Of a stretch of DNA of 64,000 nucleotides, positions 55,594 to 63,284 are shown piece after piece. Positions within the stretch are counted from its first letter, which is position 1. Each line of letters starts with the position of its first letter. This DNA is from Deltaproteobacteria bacterium (GTDB lineage: Bacteria; Myxococcota; Kuafuiibacteriia; Kuafuiibacteriales; Kuafuiibacteriaceae): assembly GCA_040218735.1 (NCBI GenBank), contig JAVJQW010000046.1, forward strand, positions 64,001-128,000, read 5' to 3'. The position numbers and the translations under genes were made by a program. Below the pieces are notes generated by a model. The model made no database searches. It was not told where the DNA came from and saw only the letters and a list, made by a program, of their open reading frames with translations.

Positions 55594-56717
55594 TTGTCGA
55601 GCGCTCCCAGGGAGGTCTGCAGCCAGCTCACCATGTCGGCTTCGGCTTTGCTGCAGCCTTTCTCCATGGCGCCTTTGAAATGGACGTGTCCACCCTTCTG
55701 GGGCTTCACTTCTTTTACGGAAATCACGCGATTGGCGTCCGTGTCGTAGACGACGCCCCGGGCGCCGCAGTGGACGAAGGTGAACCCGTCCTCCTTAGCG
55801 GTCAGGTTGGCGCTGTACTGGACGGCGAGGACGTAACCCGCGTTGCGGAGCGAGGTGGTCGACTCGGGGTTCGACTGGGCGAGGATCTGTCGGGCGAGTC
55901 CGCCGTCGACGGCTTCCGTCGCGACCTTGAACCCGCCGGTGGCGACCTGCTGTTTGATGGCGCCGACGCGGTGGGATTGGCAGGACGCCTCTTTGCCGTC
56001 GTGGTCGCACTCGACGGCGACGGCCATGACGCCCTTCCGCTCCTTGGCCATCGACTCGAGGCGGGTCGAGAGGTCGGCGATGGCGTCGTACAGGAGGGTG
56101 GTGTTGGTCAGCTTGGCGTGTCGGACCGGGACCATGGAGCGCATCGGGCCGAGGGTGGTCTTGGCTTCGGCGCACCGGGTGCGGGCTTCGGACCAGCGTT
56201 TGTTGGTCGCGGCGGTGTCGGCGGCGATGTAGAGGTCGAGCGCGCGCTGGGCGCGGTCCTGCTGGCCTTGGACGACCTCGGCGTAGCGGGCTTTGGGCCA
56301 CTCGATGAGGACGTAGGCGTCGTACGAGCCGTCGCTGCCCTGGCCGATGGCGGCGTCCTTCACTTCGGCTTCCTTGATGGTCATCTCGTCGCCGGCGACG
56401 TCGACGGTGAGCGAGTACGACTGGTTGAGGACGCCGTTCTTCTCGACCTCTTCGGAGACGGCTTCGGACTTGGCCGTGGCGCCGCAGAAGACGGTCAGCT
56501 CGGCGAGGGCGGCCTGGACGGCGAGCTCACGGGCCATGGACTCGTCGGACGCGCCGTTGGCGGCCCCGACGAAGTACAGCTTGCTCACGCCGGTGGGCTT
56601 CTTCGCGTACCAGCCGGGCGCGGGGAAGCTGGTCCGGCTCCCGCCGGTGCTGCCCTTGGTGGTGCCGCAGCCGACGGCGACGCCGAAGACGAGGGGCCAG
56701 AGCCATCCGAGCTTCAT
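55590..56717 (-). CDS. Lipoprotein with LPP20-like N-terminal domain
   Basis: Lipobox AVGC; P-x-W...LYFVG...A-x-x-x-A-x-x-x-AL-x-EL pattern. Confidence 0.65.
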   Translation of the reverse strand: MKLGWLWPLVFGVAVGCGTTKGSTGGSRTSFPAPGWYAKKPTGVSKLYFVGAANGASDESMARELAVQAALAELTVFCGATAKSEAVSEEVEKNGVLNQSYSLTVDVAGDEMTIKEAEVKDAAIGQGSDGSYDAYVLIEWPKARYAEVVQGQQDRAQRALDLYIAADTAATNKRWSEARTRCAEAKTTLGPMRSMVPVRHAKLTNTTLLYDAIADLSTRLESMAKERKGVMAVAVECDHDGKEASCQSHRVGAIKQQVATGGFKVATEAVDGGLARQILAQSNPESTTSLRNAGYVLAVQYSANLTAKEDGFTFVHCGARGVVYDTDANRVISVKEVKPQKGGHVHFKGAMEKGCSKAEADMVSWLQTSLGALDK

Positions 56718-56798
56718 GGACTCTCAATACTTGGTAACCCCGGGGGGAAACAATCCATTTGTCCCCTCGGGGGGGCGATCACGCACGTCGGCGGGGCG

Positions 56799-57443
56799 TC
56801 AGGCGTAGGACAGGGCGGGGGCGCTTCGCAGGTAGGCGGCGGATTCGAGCTGCTGGAGCATGAACCCGGCGACGTCGGCGCGGGAGATCTTCAGCGTGAG
56901 GTCGGCGTCGGGGGTGCCGAGGCCGTGCCAGAAGTCGCCGGTGGAGGGGCCGTCGGTGAGGTTCGGGGGGCGAACGATGGTCCAGTCGAGGCCGCTGGTG
57001 CGGATGATGGCCTCTTGCGCCTCGTGCTCCTGGAGGGGGCGGCGAAGGTACGTCGGGAAGATGATCCAGCGGTAGAGCGCGGGGAGGTCCTTCTTGCTGT
57101 CGCCGGCCCCGAGCACGGAGACGCAGACGAGGCGGCGGACGTTGGTCGCGCGCATGGCGTCGACGATGGTCTGCGTGCCTTCGGAGCGGACGCGGCTCTT
57201 GCTGAGCGCGGGGGCGCCGAGCGCGATCAGGGCAGCGTCGGCGTTCTTGAGCGCGAGGCGGACGACGGCGGGGTCGTGCACGTCGCCTTCGACGACCGAC
57301 AGGCGCGGGTGCTCGGGCAGCTTGCTCGGGTCGCGCGCCAGGGCGGTGACGCGGTGGCCGAGAGCGAGCGCTTGGTCGAGGAGCGCGCGTCCGATGCCGC
57401 CGGTGGCGCCGAAGAGGGTGAGGTGGGTGTTCGTTGTTTTCAT
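56799..57443 (-). CDS. NAD(P)H-binding flavin reductase/BVR-B-like atypical SDR
   Basis: LFGATGGIG, VTALARDP, GLDWTIVRP, ISRADVA. Confidence 0.9.
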   Translation of the reverse strand: MKTTNTHLTLFGATGGIGRALLDQALALGHRVTALARDPSKLPEHPRLSVVEGDVHDPAVVRLALKNADAALIALGAPALSKSRVRSEGTQTIVDAMRATNVRRLVCVSVLGAGDSKKDLPALYRWIIFPTYLRRPLQEHEAQEAIIRTSGLDWTIVRPPNLTDGPSTGDFWHGLGTPDADLTLKISRADVAGFMLQQLESAAYLRSAPALSYA

Positions 57444-57499
57444 GGGCTCAGCATGGCGTTTGGCTGGCCATGAGCCAAATGATTGACGACCATAGCGGC

Positions 57500-58453
57500 A
57501 TGACGGACGTGCATGGTCTGGCGAGCCTCGACGCGAACCTGTTGGTGACGTTGGACGTGTTGCTCGCGGAGCGGAACGTAACGCGCGCGGCGGAGCGGGT
57601 GGGGGTGACGCAGTCGGCGATGAGTCACACGTTGCGTCGGCTGCGGGACTTGTTTGGCGATCCGTTGTTGGTGCGCGGGAAGGGGGAGATGGTGCTGACG
57701 CCGCGGGCCGAGGCGTTGGTGGTGCCGTTGCGGAGTGGGTTGGTGAGTTTGGCGCGGGCGATCGCGCCGCCGGTGGCGTTTGATCCGTCGACGGCGTCGC
57801 GGGTGTTTCGGATCGCTTCGCCGGACTTGTTCGATCTGATCGTGTTGCCGCGGTTGCTGGCGCGGGTTCGTGCGGAGGCGCCGGGGGTGGATCTGGTGTT
57901 CGTGCCGTTGCCGCGCGGCGAGGTGGCGGAGGCCTTGATGACGGGGGAGCTGGATCTGGCGATCGTGCCGGTGCGGATGGGGGAGGGAGAGGCGACGTTC
58001 GGGCCGGTGACTTCGGGTGACTTGATGCGGCGGGTTTTGTTCCGCGACTCACACCGGGTTTTCGTGCGGCGGGAGCACCCGGCGATGGGTAAGCGGGGGA
58101 TCTCGAGGAAGAAGTACGTGGGGCTGCCGCACGTGTTGGTGTCGCCGGCTGGGGCAGGCGTTGGGTTGGTGGACGAGGCGCTGGCGCGGGTGGGTTTGCG
58201 TCGGCGGGTGGCTTTGCGGGTGCCGAACTTCGCGACGGCCGCGGAGATCGTGGCGGGGAGTGACTTGGTGCTCACGGCGCCAGGGGCCTTGGGGCGGGTC
58301 GAGGCGCTGCGGGGGCGTATGAGTGATTGCGCGGTGCCGGTGGAGATGGAGGGGCATGCGCTGACGATGGTGTGGCACCCGAGGTTCGGTGAGGAGGCGG
58401 GGGCGCGGTGGTTGCGCGGGGTGATGGTGGACGTGGGTGGGGGCGCGGGGTGA
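57500..58453 (+). CDS. LysR family transcriptional regulator, divergent from the reductase
   Basis: LDANLL...NVTRAA...TQSAMSHTLRRLR...DPLLVR...LTPRA. Confidence 0.93.
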   Translation: MTDVHGLASLDANLLVTLDVLLAERNVTRAAERVGVTQSAMSHTLRRLRDLFGDPLLVRGKGEMVLTPRAEALVVPLRSGLVSLARAIAPPVAFDPSTASRVFRIASPDLFDLIVLPRLLARVRAEAPGVDLVFVPLPRGEVAEALMTGELDLAIVPVRMGEGEATFGPVTSGDLMRRVLFRDSHRVFVRREHPAMGKRGISRKKYVGLPHVLVSPAGAGVGLVDEALARVGLRRRVALRVPNFATAAEIVAGSDLVLTAPGALGRVEALRGRMSDCAVPVEMEGHALTMVWHPRFGEEAGARWLRGVMVDVGGGAG

Positions 58454-58574
58454 TCTTCGGATCAGGCGGAGGCTGAGGGGCGGCGTGTGATACGCTCGTC
58501 CGCGACACCGTCGTTCTGCGGGACTGCGAGATGGTGTCGCCGCGGGGGGGTATCTCGTTCGTTCTGCAAGACCG

Positions 58575-58594
58575 CGAAACGCTTAGTTAGGCCG
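58575..58594 (+). other. attI-like recombination site at the head of the cassette array
   Basis: CGAAAC-GCTTA-GTTAGGC simple-site layout. GTTAGGCCG (58586-58594) is the exact complement of CGGCCTAAC (59647-59655) at the end of cassette 1. Confidence 0.55.
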
Positions 58595-58610
58595 ATTTGG
58601 AGTTAGAGCC

Positions 58611-59654
58611 GTGTGGAAGTTCAAGCACGTGACCGCCTGGCAACTCGTTGGAGTCCAGCCACCTAAGTCCGATGTCGTGCTGCAATCTGCACGGTCCCTA
58701 CGAATAGTCTTCACCGCCGACATCGCACCGTTCGTCGTCGAGGCCGACCGCGCGCGGGTCGTGCCTGAGATGCTTCTTCGAGGCGAAGCAGGAGAAGGTG
58801 CCGCTTTGCGGCTTCGAAGCAACGTAGAGAAGGTCCGCAGACAGCGTCCCGACCGCGGCGCCTGGCTCGTCTTCGAGATGACCGGAGACGCGCAACCAGT
58901 TGACACAACAGGTGCCGCCGACTGGGAGGATGTTCGCGTCCTCCCGATTCCCGCAACGGAATCGCCAGGACACGCGTCTTCCTATAGCCCCGACGCCCCG
59001 ACGGTTCGCCGTTTAGCCGGGGCAGCCGCCGCCATCCTTCAGCCACGACAGATGCGCCAGTTCGCCAGCAACACGGCGCTCCTTGATGACGCCGGTCGAC
59101 AGGTGTACGCGACACGCCTCGTCATTCCGGGCGCCGAGCTGTTCCTATCGGAGGTTCCCGACCCTGTGCTTCTTGGGCAGTCCAAGAAGCTGTTCGGCAG
59201 GCTCGACACCGACCTCCGGTTGAATTCGGCGCTCGAACTACTTGCGGCTTCGCAGGACGACTGCTTTGACGACCAACGCGAGTTCCATATCTCTTGGGTA
59301 GCCGTCGAGGCCTTTGCGAAGGCACTACGCAAGGATTACAAGGCGAAGTACAAGACAATCGTCAGCAGTCCAATAGGCGGTGGTCAGCTGCTTACGATCC
59401 AGACGAACACGTCGAAGCAGAACGGATCGATTTCAAAAACCATGGTTGCTCTTGCCTACATCTTTGTATGTCTTGACCCCGCGGGTGCCGAGGCCGACTT
59501 CGATGAAGTCGATCGAATTCGCGATCAGCGGAACGACTATGTCCATTCACAACCTGATTCGAAGCTGCAGCATGGTCCCGAGTCGAGGCGACTCCGGGCG
59601 ATCCTCTTCAAGTACGTTTTGCTACACCTTCAGGGGGGCGCGCGAACGGCCTAA
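58611..59654 (+). CDS. Cassette 1: hypothetical protein with C-terminal HEPN-like (Rx4H) domain
   Basis: W-x-A-x-E helix and RDQRNDYVH (R-x4-H). The stop codon lies inside the attC R'' box. Confidence 0.65.
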   Translation: MWKFKHVTAWQLVGVQPPKSDVVLQSARSLRIVFTADIAPFVVEADRARVVPEMLLRGEAGEGAALRLRSNVEKVRRQRPDRGAWLVFEMTGDAQPVDTTGAADWEDVRVLPIPATESPGHASSYSPDAPTVRRLAGAAAAILQPRQMRQFASNTALLDDAGRQVYATRLVIPGAELFLSEVPDPVLLGQSKKLFGRLDTDLRLNSALELLAASQDDCFDDQREFHISWVAVEAFAKALRKDYKAKYKTIVSSPIGGGQLLTIQTNTSKQNGSISKTMVALAYIFVCLDPAGAEADFDEVDRIRDQRNDYVHSQPDSKLQHGPESRRLRAILFKYVLLHLQGGARTA

Positions 59655-59709
59655 CAACCCGTTGAAGACTGACGGGGCTTCGCCCCGCAGCTTAACGGGA
59701 GCGTTAGAC
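59649..59709 (+). repeat. attC site (intact)
   Basis: R'' GCCTAAC, L'' CGTTGAAG, central CTGACGGGGC-TTC-GCCCCGCAG, L' CTTAACG, R' GTTAGAC. Two extrahelical bases in the expected positions; 61 nt. Confidence 0.88.
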
Positions 59710-59727
59710 GTAAGGAGGCCTGAGCAC

Positions 59728-59820
59728 GTGGACTTTAGATCGCACTTCTCTGCAGTCGTCGAGAGACTCCAGGCCGAGTATCGTCTTGCAGCGGCCTACC
59801 CGTATCGTGGAGGCAGTTGA
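59728..59820 (+). pseudogene. Cassette 2: 30-codon ORF or truncated gene
   Basis: Perfect SD TAAGGAGG right after attC, GTG start, MDFRSHFSAVVERLQAEYRLAAAYPYRGGS*. Confidence 0.4.
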
Positions 59821-60001
59821 GGCCTGGGTCGGCAAAGACCTTGTATACGCTGCGGGACGCTTGGGAGACCTCGAATGGACCCTTCGTATCGATCCCCGCT
59901 CCCAACAGGTCGTTCACGTGGAGACCTACGAGTGATTAACAGTGCTCCTCCGGCCGGCCAATGCTGGCACCAGGTTCGCCGACGTTCGTACGAGGAAAGC
60001 T

Positions 60002-60064
60002 GCCGAACAACACGTCGCAGAGGGACGGACGGCTTCGCCGAGCGCTGAACGTGAGTGCTACGGC
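60002..60064 (+). repeat. attC site (degenerate)
   Basis: GCCGAAC-AACACGTCGCAG...CGGCTTCGCCG...CTGAACGTG; the R' box is mutated (GCTACGG). Confidence 0.6.
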
Positions 60065-60103
60065 GACGTGTGGGTGGCTGCCAGAAGTGCTAGGTTAGAA
60101 ACG

Positions 60104-60718
60104 TTGCGAAGGCATGGTTGGTATTCCGTCTCAGGATTCATTCTTCTCTTCTGCTGGAGTGCGCTAGCTGCTTGTCGAGCGTCGAACACTACACGAGTAG
60201 TCGTCACTCGCACGGATAATATCGAGCGTCACGGTCGAGGTGGGCTGTTCATGCCGATGCTTCTTAGCCGTCCATCAAAGCCTTTCCGAACAGTCGCAAA
60301 GCTCTACGGATACCATGATGCCAACCGTGAGGACGACGAACTCTGGTACGCCTTGAGAAGGCGAGCGGCCGATCTGGGGGCGGATGCTCTTGTGTTTGTC
60401 CGACGGGTGATTGTCCCATGCGTGGATGGTGGCAGCAGCGGATACTACGTCTACACGGTCGGCGGTCGCACCTACGGAGGCGGAGGCTCAAAGCAGTCTA
60501 CGGTGATCGAATGCACCGTTATCGAGGCGGCTGGTGTCCTCATCGGCGAGTACGACTGTGAAGAGGAACAAGATTGCAGAACGGATCGAGAGGACGCTCT
60601 GGTGCTAGACGCGCCTCGCCACAACCTCGGTGAAGATCTAGCACCGTCAACCACGGCACTGGGGGACGGAGCGGTCGCAGAGACAAGTTCGGTGAGCCGA
60701 GGTCGCGAGGGCGAGTAG
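60104..60718 (+). CDS. Cassette 3: hypothetical lipoprotein
   Basis: Lipobox LAAC; LRRRAADLGADALV motif (YbjQ-like). TTG start inferred. Confidence 0.5.
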   Translation: MRRHGWYSVSGFILLFCWSALAACRASNTTRVVVTRTDNIERHGRGGLFMPMLLSRPSKPFRTVAKLYGYHDANREDDELWYALRRRAADLGADALVFVRRVIVPCVDGGSSGYYVYTVGGRTYGGGGSKQSTVIECTVIEAAGVLIGEYDCEEEQDCRTDREDALVLDAPRHNLGEDLAPSTTALGDGAVAETSSVSRGREGE

Positions 60719-60774
60719 ACGCCGGTTAGCAGCACACGCGGGCTTCGCCCCGCAGAATAGTCTGAGTGTCAGGG
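60714..60774 (+). repeat. attC remnant (strongly degenerate)
   Basis: Core GCGGGCTTCGCCCCGCAG is nearly identical to the core of the intact attC, between two cassette ORFs. R' is decayed to GTCAGGG. Confidence 0.45.
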
Positions 60775-60788
60775 CTACGAGTAGATAC

Positions 60789-61424
60789 GTGACACGGGAT
60801 CAATTCATCGCTGAACTACTTCGAGTAGAGCACGGCCTCCGGCGACTTGGCGCTGATGTCATAAGGTGCGACGTAGGTGCGCTGGCGACAGCGGACGATC
60901 TCAGCGAAATCGAACGCGCCGTCGGCAAGAAGATGCCAGCTGAGATTCGTCATTTCGTTTTGAACGTAGCGGCGAAGGTGTCGTTCCATTGGAGTCTCGA
61001 TGACGAACGTTCGGACTTGGACCCGTCGCTGGTTCCCTGGGGTGAGTTCTCTTTCGATCTTAGTGAGATTCCAGATCTCGAGACAGGGAGGAGGTCCTGG
61101 GTGGACACCGTATTCCCGGACTCCAACAGTCCCTCCGACGCCGTCTGGCACAACAAGACCGCCTTCCAGGCGGTCGGCAACGGAGACCTTCTTGCATTGG
61201 ACCATGATGAGAGAGTCGTCTACTTGTCTCACGAAGACGGGCTGGGGCACGGCGTGATCTTCGCCCCCAGCTTTATGTCCTACGTTGCTGCCGGTCTCGA
61301 GCTCGCCTTCCCTGGACCCGAAGATGACTTCCTTCTAACGTTCTATTCCAAGGCGAAGTCCTGTATCGATCCCGACAGTGTCCAAGGACTCGCATGGAGG
61401 ACCCTGCTGACGCGCGAGCCCTGA
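60789..61424 (+). CDS. Cassette 4: SMI1/KNR4 (SUKH) family immunity protein
   Basis: AT-x-x-x-L-x-x-IE-x-x-VG-x-x-MP-x-x-IR-x-F, GNGDLLALD, VVYLSHE. Confidence 0.8.
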   Translation: MTRDQFIAELLRVEHGLRRLGADVIRCDVGALATADDLSEIERAVGKKMPAEIRHFVLNVAAKVSFHWSLDDERSDLDPSLVPWGEFSFDLSEIPDLETGRRSWVDTVFPDSNSPSDAVWHNKTAFQAVGNGDLLALDHDERVVYLSHEDGLGHGVIFAPSFMSYVAAGLELAFPGPEDDFLLTFYSKAKSCIDPDSVQGLAWRTLLTREP

Positions 61425-61468
61425 GATGACGGCGATTCCAGACCACTGCTCGCTGGGGTCTGTAGGCG

Positions 61469-61535
61469 GCTGAGCAATCGCGTTCCAACGGCGACACGAC
61501 GCTTCGCCGCCCGCCGCTGAACGCCAGCGCTGAAC
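61469..61535 (+). repeat. attC site (degenerate)
   Basis: GCTGAGC-AATCGCGTTCCA...GCTTCGCCGCCCGCCGCTGAACGC...GCTGAAC; same layout as the 60002 site with mutated R boxes. Confidence 0.55.
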
Positions 61536-61625
61536 AGACCACGGCTTCGCTCCAGCCTGAGACAAACGTCTCCCGTAACAGCTTGATCTTATTGGCCACA
61601 TCGCGAGGTCCTTCGTTTGGGGCTG

Positions 61626-61634
61626 TGGTACACT
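61626..61634 (+). promoter_or_regulatory. Extended -10 promoter for a probable leaderless transcript
   Basis: TGgTACACT ends 6 nt before ATG 61641; no SD. Confidence 0.5.
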
Positions 61635-61640
61635 ATGGCG

Positions 61641-61847
61641 ATGGAGCGTCGCCGGATCGTCGTCTCGAGGGTCGTGCGCCCAGGGGCGAAAGCCGTCCCT
61701 TTCGAAGCCGACGTCGAACAATCGATGGCCGAGCGCATCGATGCTGTCTGGGAACTGACAAAGCTATGCGCGGCGTGGAATCAGGAGACCACCGGTGAAC
61801 TCCGACTTCAGAGATCTGTTAGCCGCGTTGAACGACGCGGGCGCTGA
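61641..61847 (+). CDS. Small protein upstream of the nucleotidyltransferase (putative TA-like partner)
   Basis: 68 aa with ERIDAVWEL and RLQRSV; overlaps the downstream gene by 53 nt. Confidence 0.6.
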   Translation: MERRRIVVSRVVRPGAKAVPFEADVEQSMAERIDAVWELTKLCAAWNQETTGELRLQRSVSRVERRGR

Positions 61848-62241
61848 ATACCTGGTGGTCGGAGCACACGCGCTCGCTGCGCATGGCCACGTTCGGGCGA
61901 CCAAGGACCTCGACGTCTGGGTACGCCCCACCGAAGAGAATGCACTCAACGTTCTCCATGCCCTCACTGCATTCGGAGCACCACTTCACGACCTCACGCA
62001 GGATGACTTGGCCCAGCCTGGCATTGTTTTTCAGATCGGCGTTGCGCCGGTTCGTATCGACGTCATTACCGCGATCGATGGCGTTGAATTTGACGATGCG
62101 TGGAGCGCGCGGATCCCTGTGCAACTCGGTGACATCCAAGTACATGTCCTCTCGCGCCATCACCTGATTCAGAACAAACGAGCGTCCGGGCGACTACAGG
62201 ACCTCGCCGACATCGAGCGGTTGGAAGGAGATCGAGAGTGA
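61795..62241 (+). CDS. Minimal nucleotidyltransferase-fold protein (DUF6036-like)
   Basis: YLVVGAHA-x4-G-x-x-RATKDLDVW, RIDVI, NK-x-ASGR-x-QD-x-x-D. Confidence 0.8.
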   Translation: MNSDFRDLLAALNDAGAEYLVVGAHALAAHGHVRATKDLDVWVRPTEENALNVLHALTAFGAPLHDLTQDDLAQPGIVFQIGVAPVRIDVITAIDGVEFDDAWSARIPVQLGDIQVHVLSRHHLIQNKRASGRLQDLADIERLEGDRE

Positions 62242-62418
62242 AATCAACCGACGACGTGCTGGCGGTCGCCTAGGCGCGATGAGTTCTTGAGCTCCGCCGA
62301 GGCGCTTCGCGTACGCTTGAAGTAGTTTGCCCGAGACACGAAGCTCGTGCGGTCGGGGTGGCGTCACTGAGGCATGAGGGCGAGTCTCGTTGGCGTGACG
62401 CCACGCCGGAGGAAGACC

Positions 62419-62760
62419 ATGGCCAAGTACCTCATCTCATTCCCCGCCGCGGCGATGAAGGTGGCGGACAGCGATCTGGAGACCGTCGGTCGCGCCGCGC
62501 ACGATGTGATTCAAGAGGCGAAGGCAGAGGGCGTCTACGTCTTCGCCGGCGGTATCGACGAAACGGTTCCGCCGGTCCTCGTCGGGCCCGACGGCTCCGT
62601 CGTCGAGGGAGGCTATCCGTGGGCGCCACCCCTGAACGGTGGATTCGCCGTGCTCGAGCTGCCTTCGCGCGAGGCCGCCGTCGCGTGGGCTGCGCGCATC
62701 GCGCAGGCGTGTCGATGTGACCAAGAGCTTCGGGTGTTCGGACTGGACCCCGCGTCATGA
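62419..62760 (+). CDS. YCII-related (DGPF-like) protein
   Basis: SD GGAGG; AGG, EGGYP, GGFAVLELPSREAA-x-x-WA. Confidence 0.8.
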   Translation: MAKYLISFPAAAMKVADSDLETVGRAAHDVIQEAKAEGVYVFAGGIDETVPPVLVGPDGSVVEGGYPWAPPLNGGFAVLELPSREAAVAWAARIAQACRCDQELRVFGLDPAS

Positions 62761-62856
62761 AGACAGACCGCGCACGGATGAGCTCGGGCCACAGTTTCGC
62801 CGAAGCGGAGGTCTGTCGGCCTTGACCGCGAACCCAGCGTGCCGACGCTGCCGCGA

Positions 62857-63231
62857 ATGAGCTGGAGCAAGCTCGCTCAGGATCGCCTGAGCGAAGGGCA
62901 AGACGTCACCGTGCGCCCGAGCGGTCACTCGATGACCGGCGTCATCAACCACCGAGACGAGGTCGTCCTCGCCCCGATCGAACCCGACCGCATCTGCATC
63001 GGCGACGCCGTGCTCGTCCGCGTCGCGGGCCAGGTGTTCCTGCATCTCGTCAAGGCGATCGACACGCCCAAGCGCAGGGCGCAGATCGGCAACAACCGCG
63101 GCGGCGTCAACGGATGGGCCTCGCTCGACAAGGTCTACGGCGTGGCCGTGTGCATCGCCGGAACGCCGACCCAGGCCGCCTCCCGCGCGACCGCGCCGTC
63201 CACGGACGCCCACCCGGACCGCGACGCCTGA
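62857..63231 (+). CDS. S24/S26 peptidase-like protein
   Basis: GHSM (Ser), GDAVLVRV, LHLVK, GNN. Confidence 0.65.
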   Translation: MSWSKLAQDRLSEGQDVTVRPSGHSMTGVINHRDEVVLAPIEPDRICIGDAVLVRVAGQVFLHLVKAIDTPKRRAQIGNNRGGVNGWASLDKVYGVAVCIAGTPTQAASRATAPSTDAHPDRDA

Positions 63232-63284
63232 CCCCCCGCGGTGACCTCGCGGACCGTGCTACGTTCCGCCGCGAGGCCCCCGAG

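Larger units (their letters stand above)
58586..62241 (+). mobile_element. Integron gene-cassette array lacking an adjacent integrase (CALIN-like)
   Basis: Drop in GC content, co-oriented unrelated ORFs, one canonical and three degenerate attC sites. No tyrosine recombinase in the window. Right boundary approximate. Confidence 0.75.

Noticed and set aside
56738-56775. GC-rich inverted repeat between the reductase and the LPP20-like gene as a terminator
   Set aside because: Imperfect stem with no convincing U-tract on the coding strand; left uncalled.
58561-58610. Possible dif site at the skew switch
   Set aside because: No match to the XerD arm (TTATGTTAAAT). It is better explained as an integron core site.
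59649-61535. Recurring GCTTCGCC hairpins as a CRISPR array or REP elements
   Set aside because: Spacing is gene-sized and irregular, the repeats are non-identical and show attC box architecture, and there are no cas genes.
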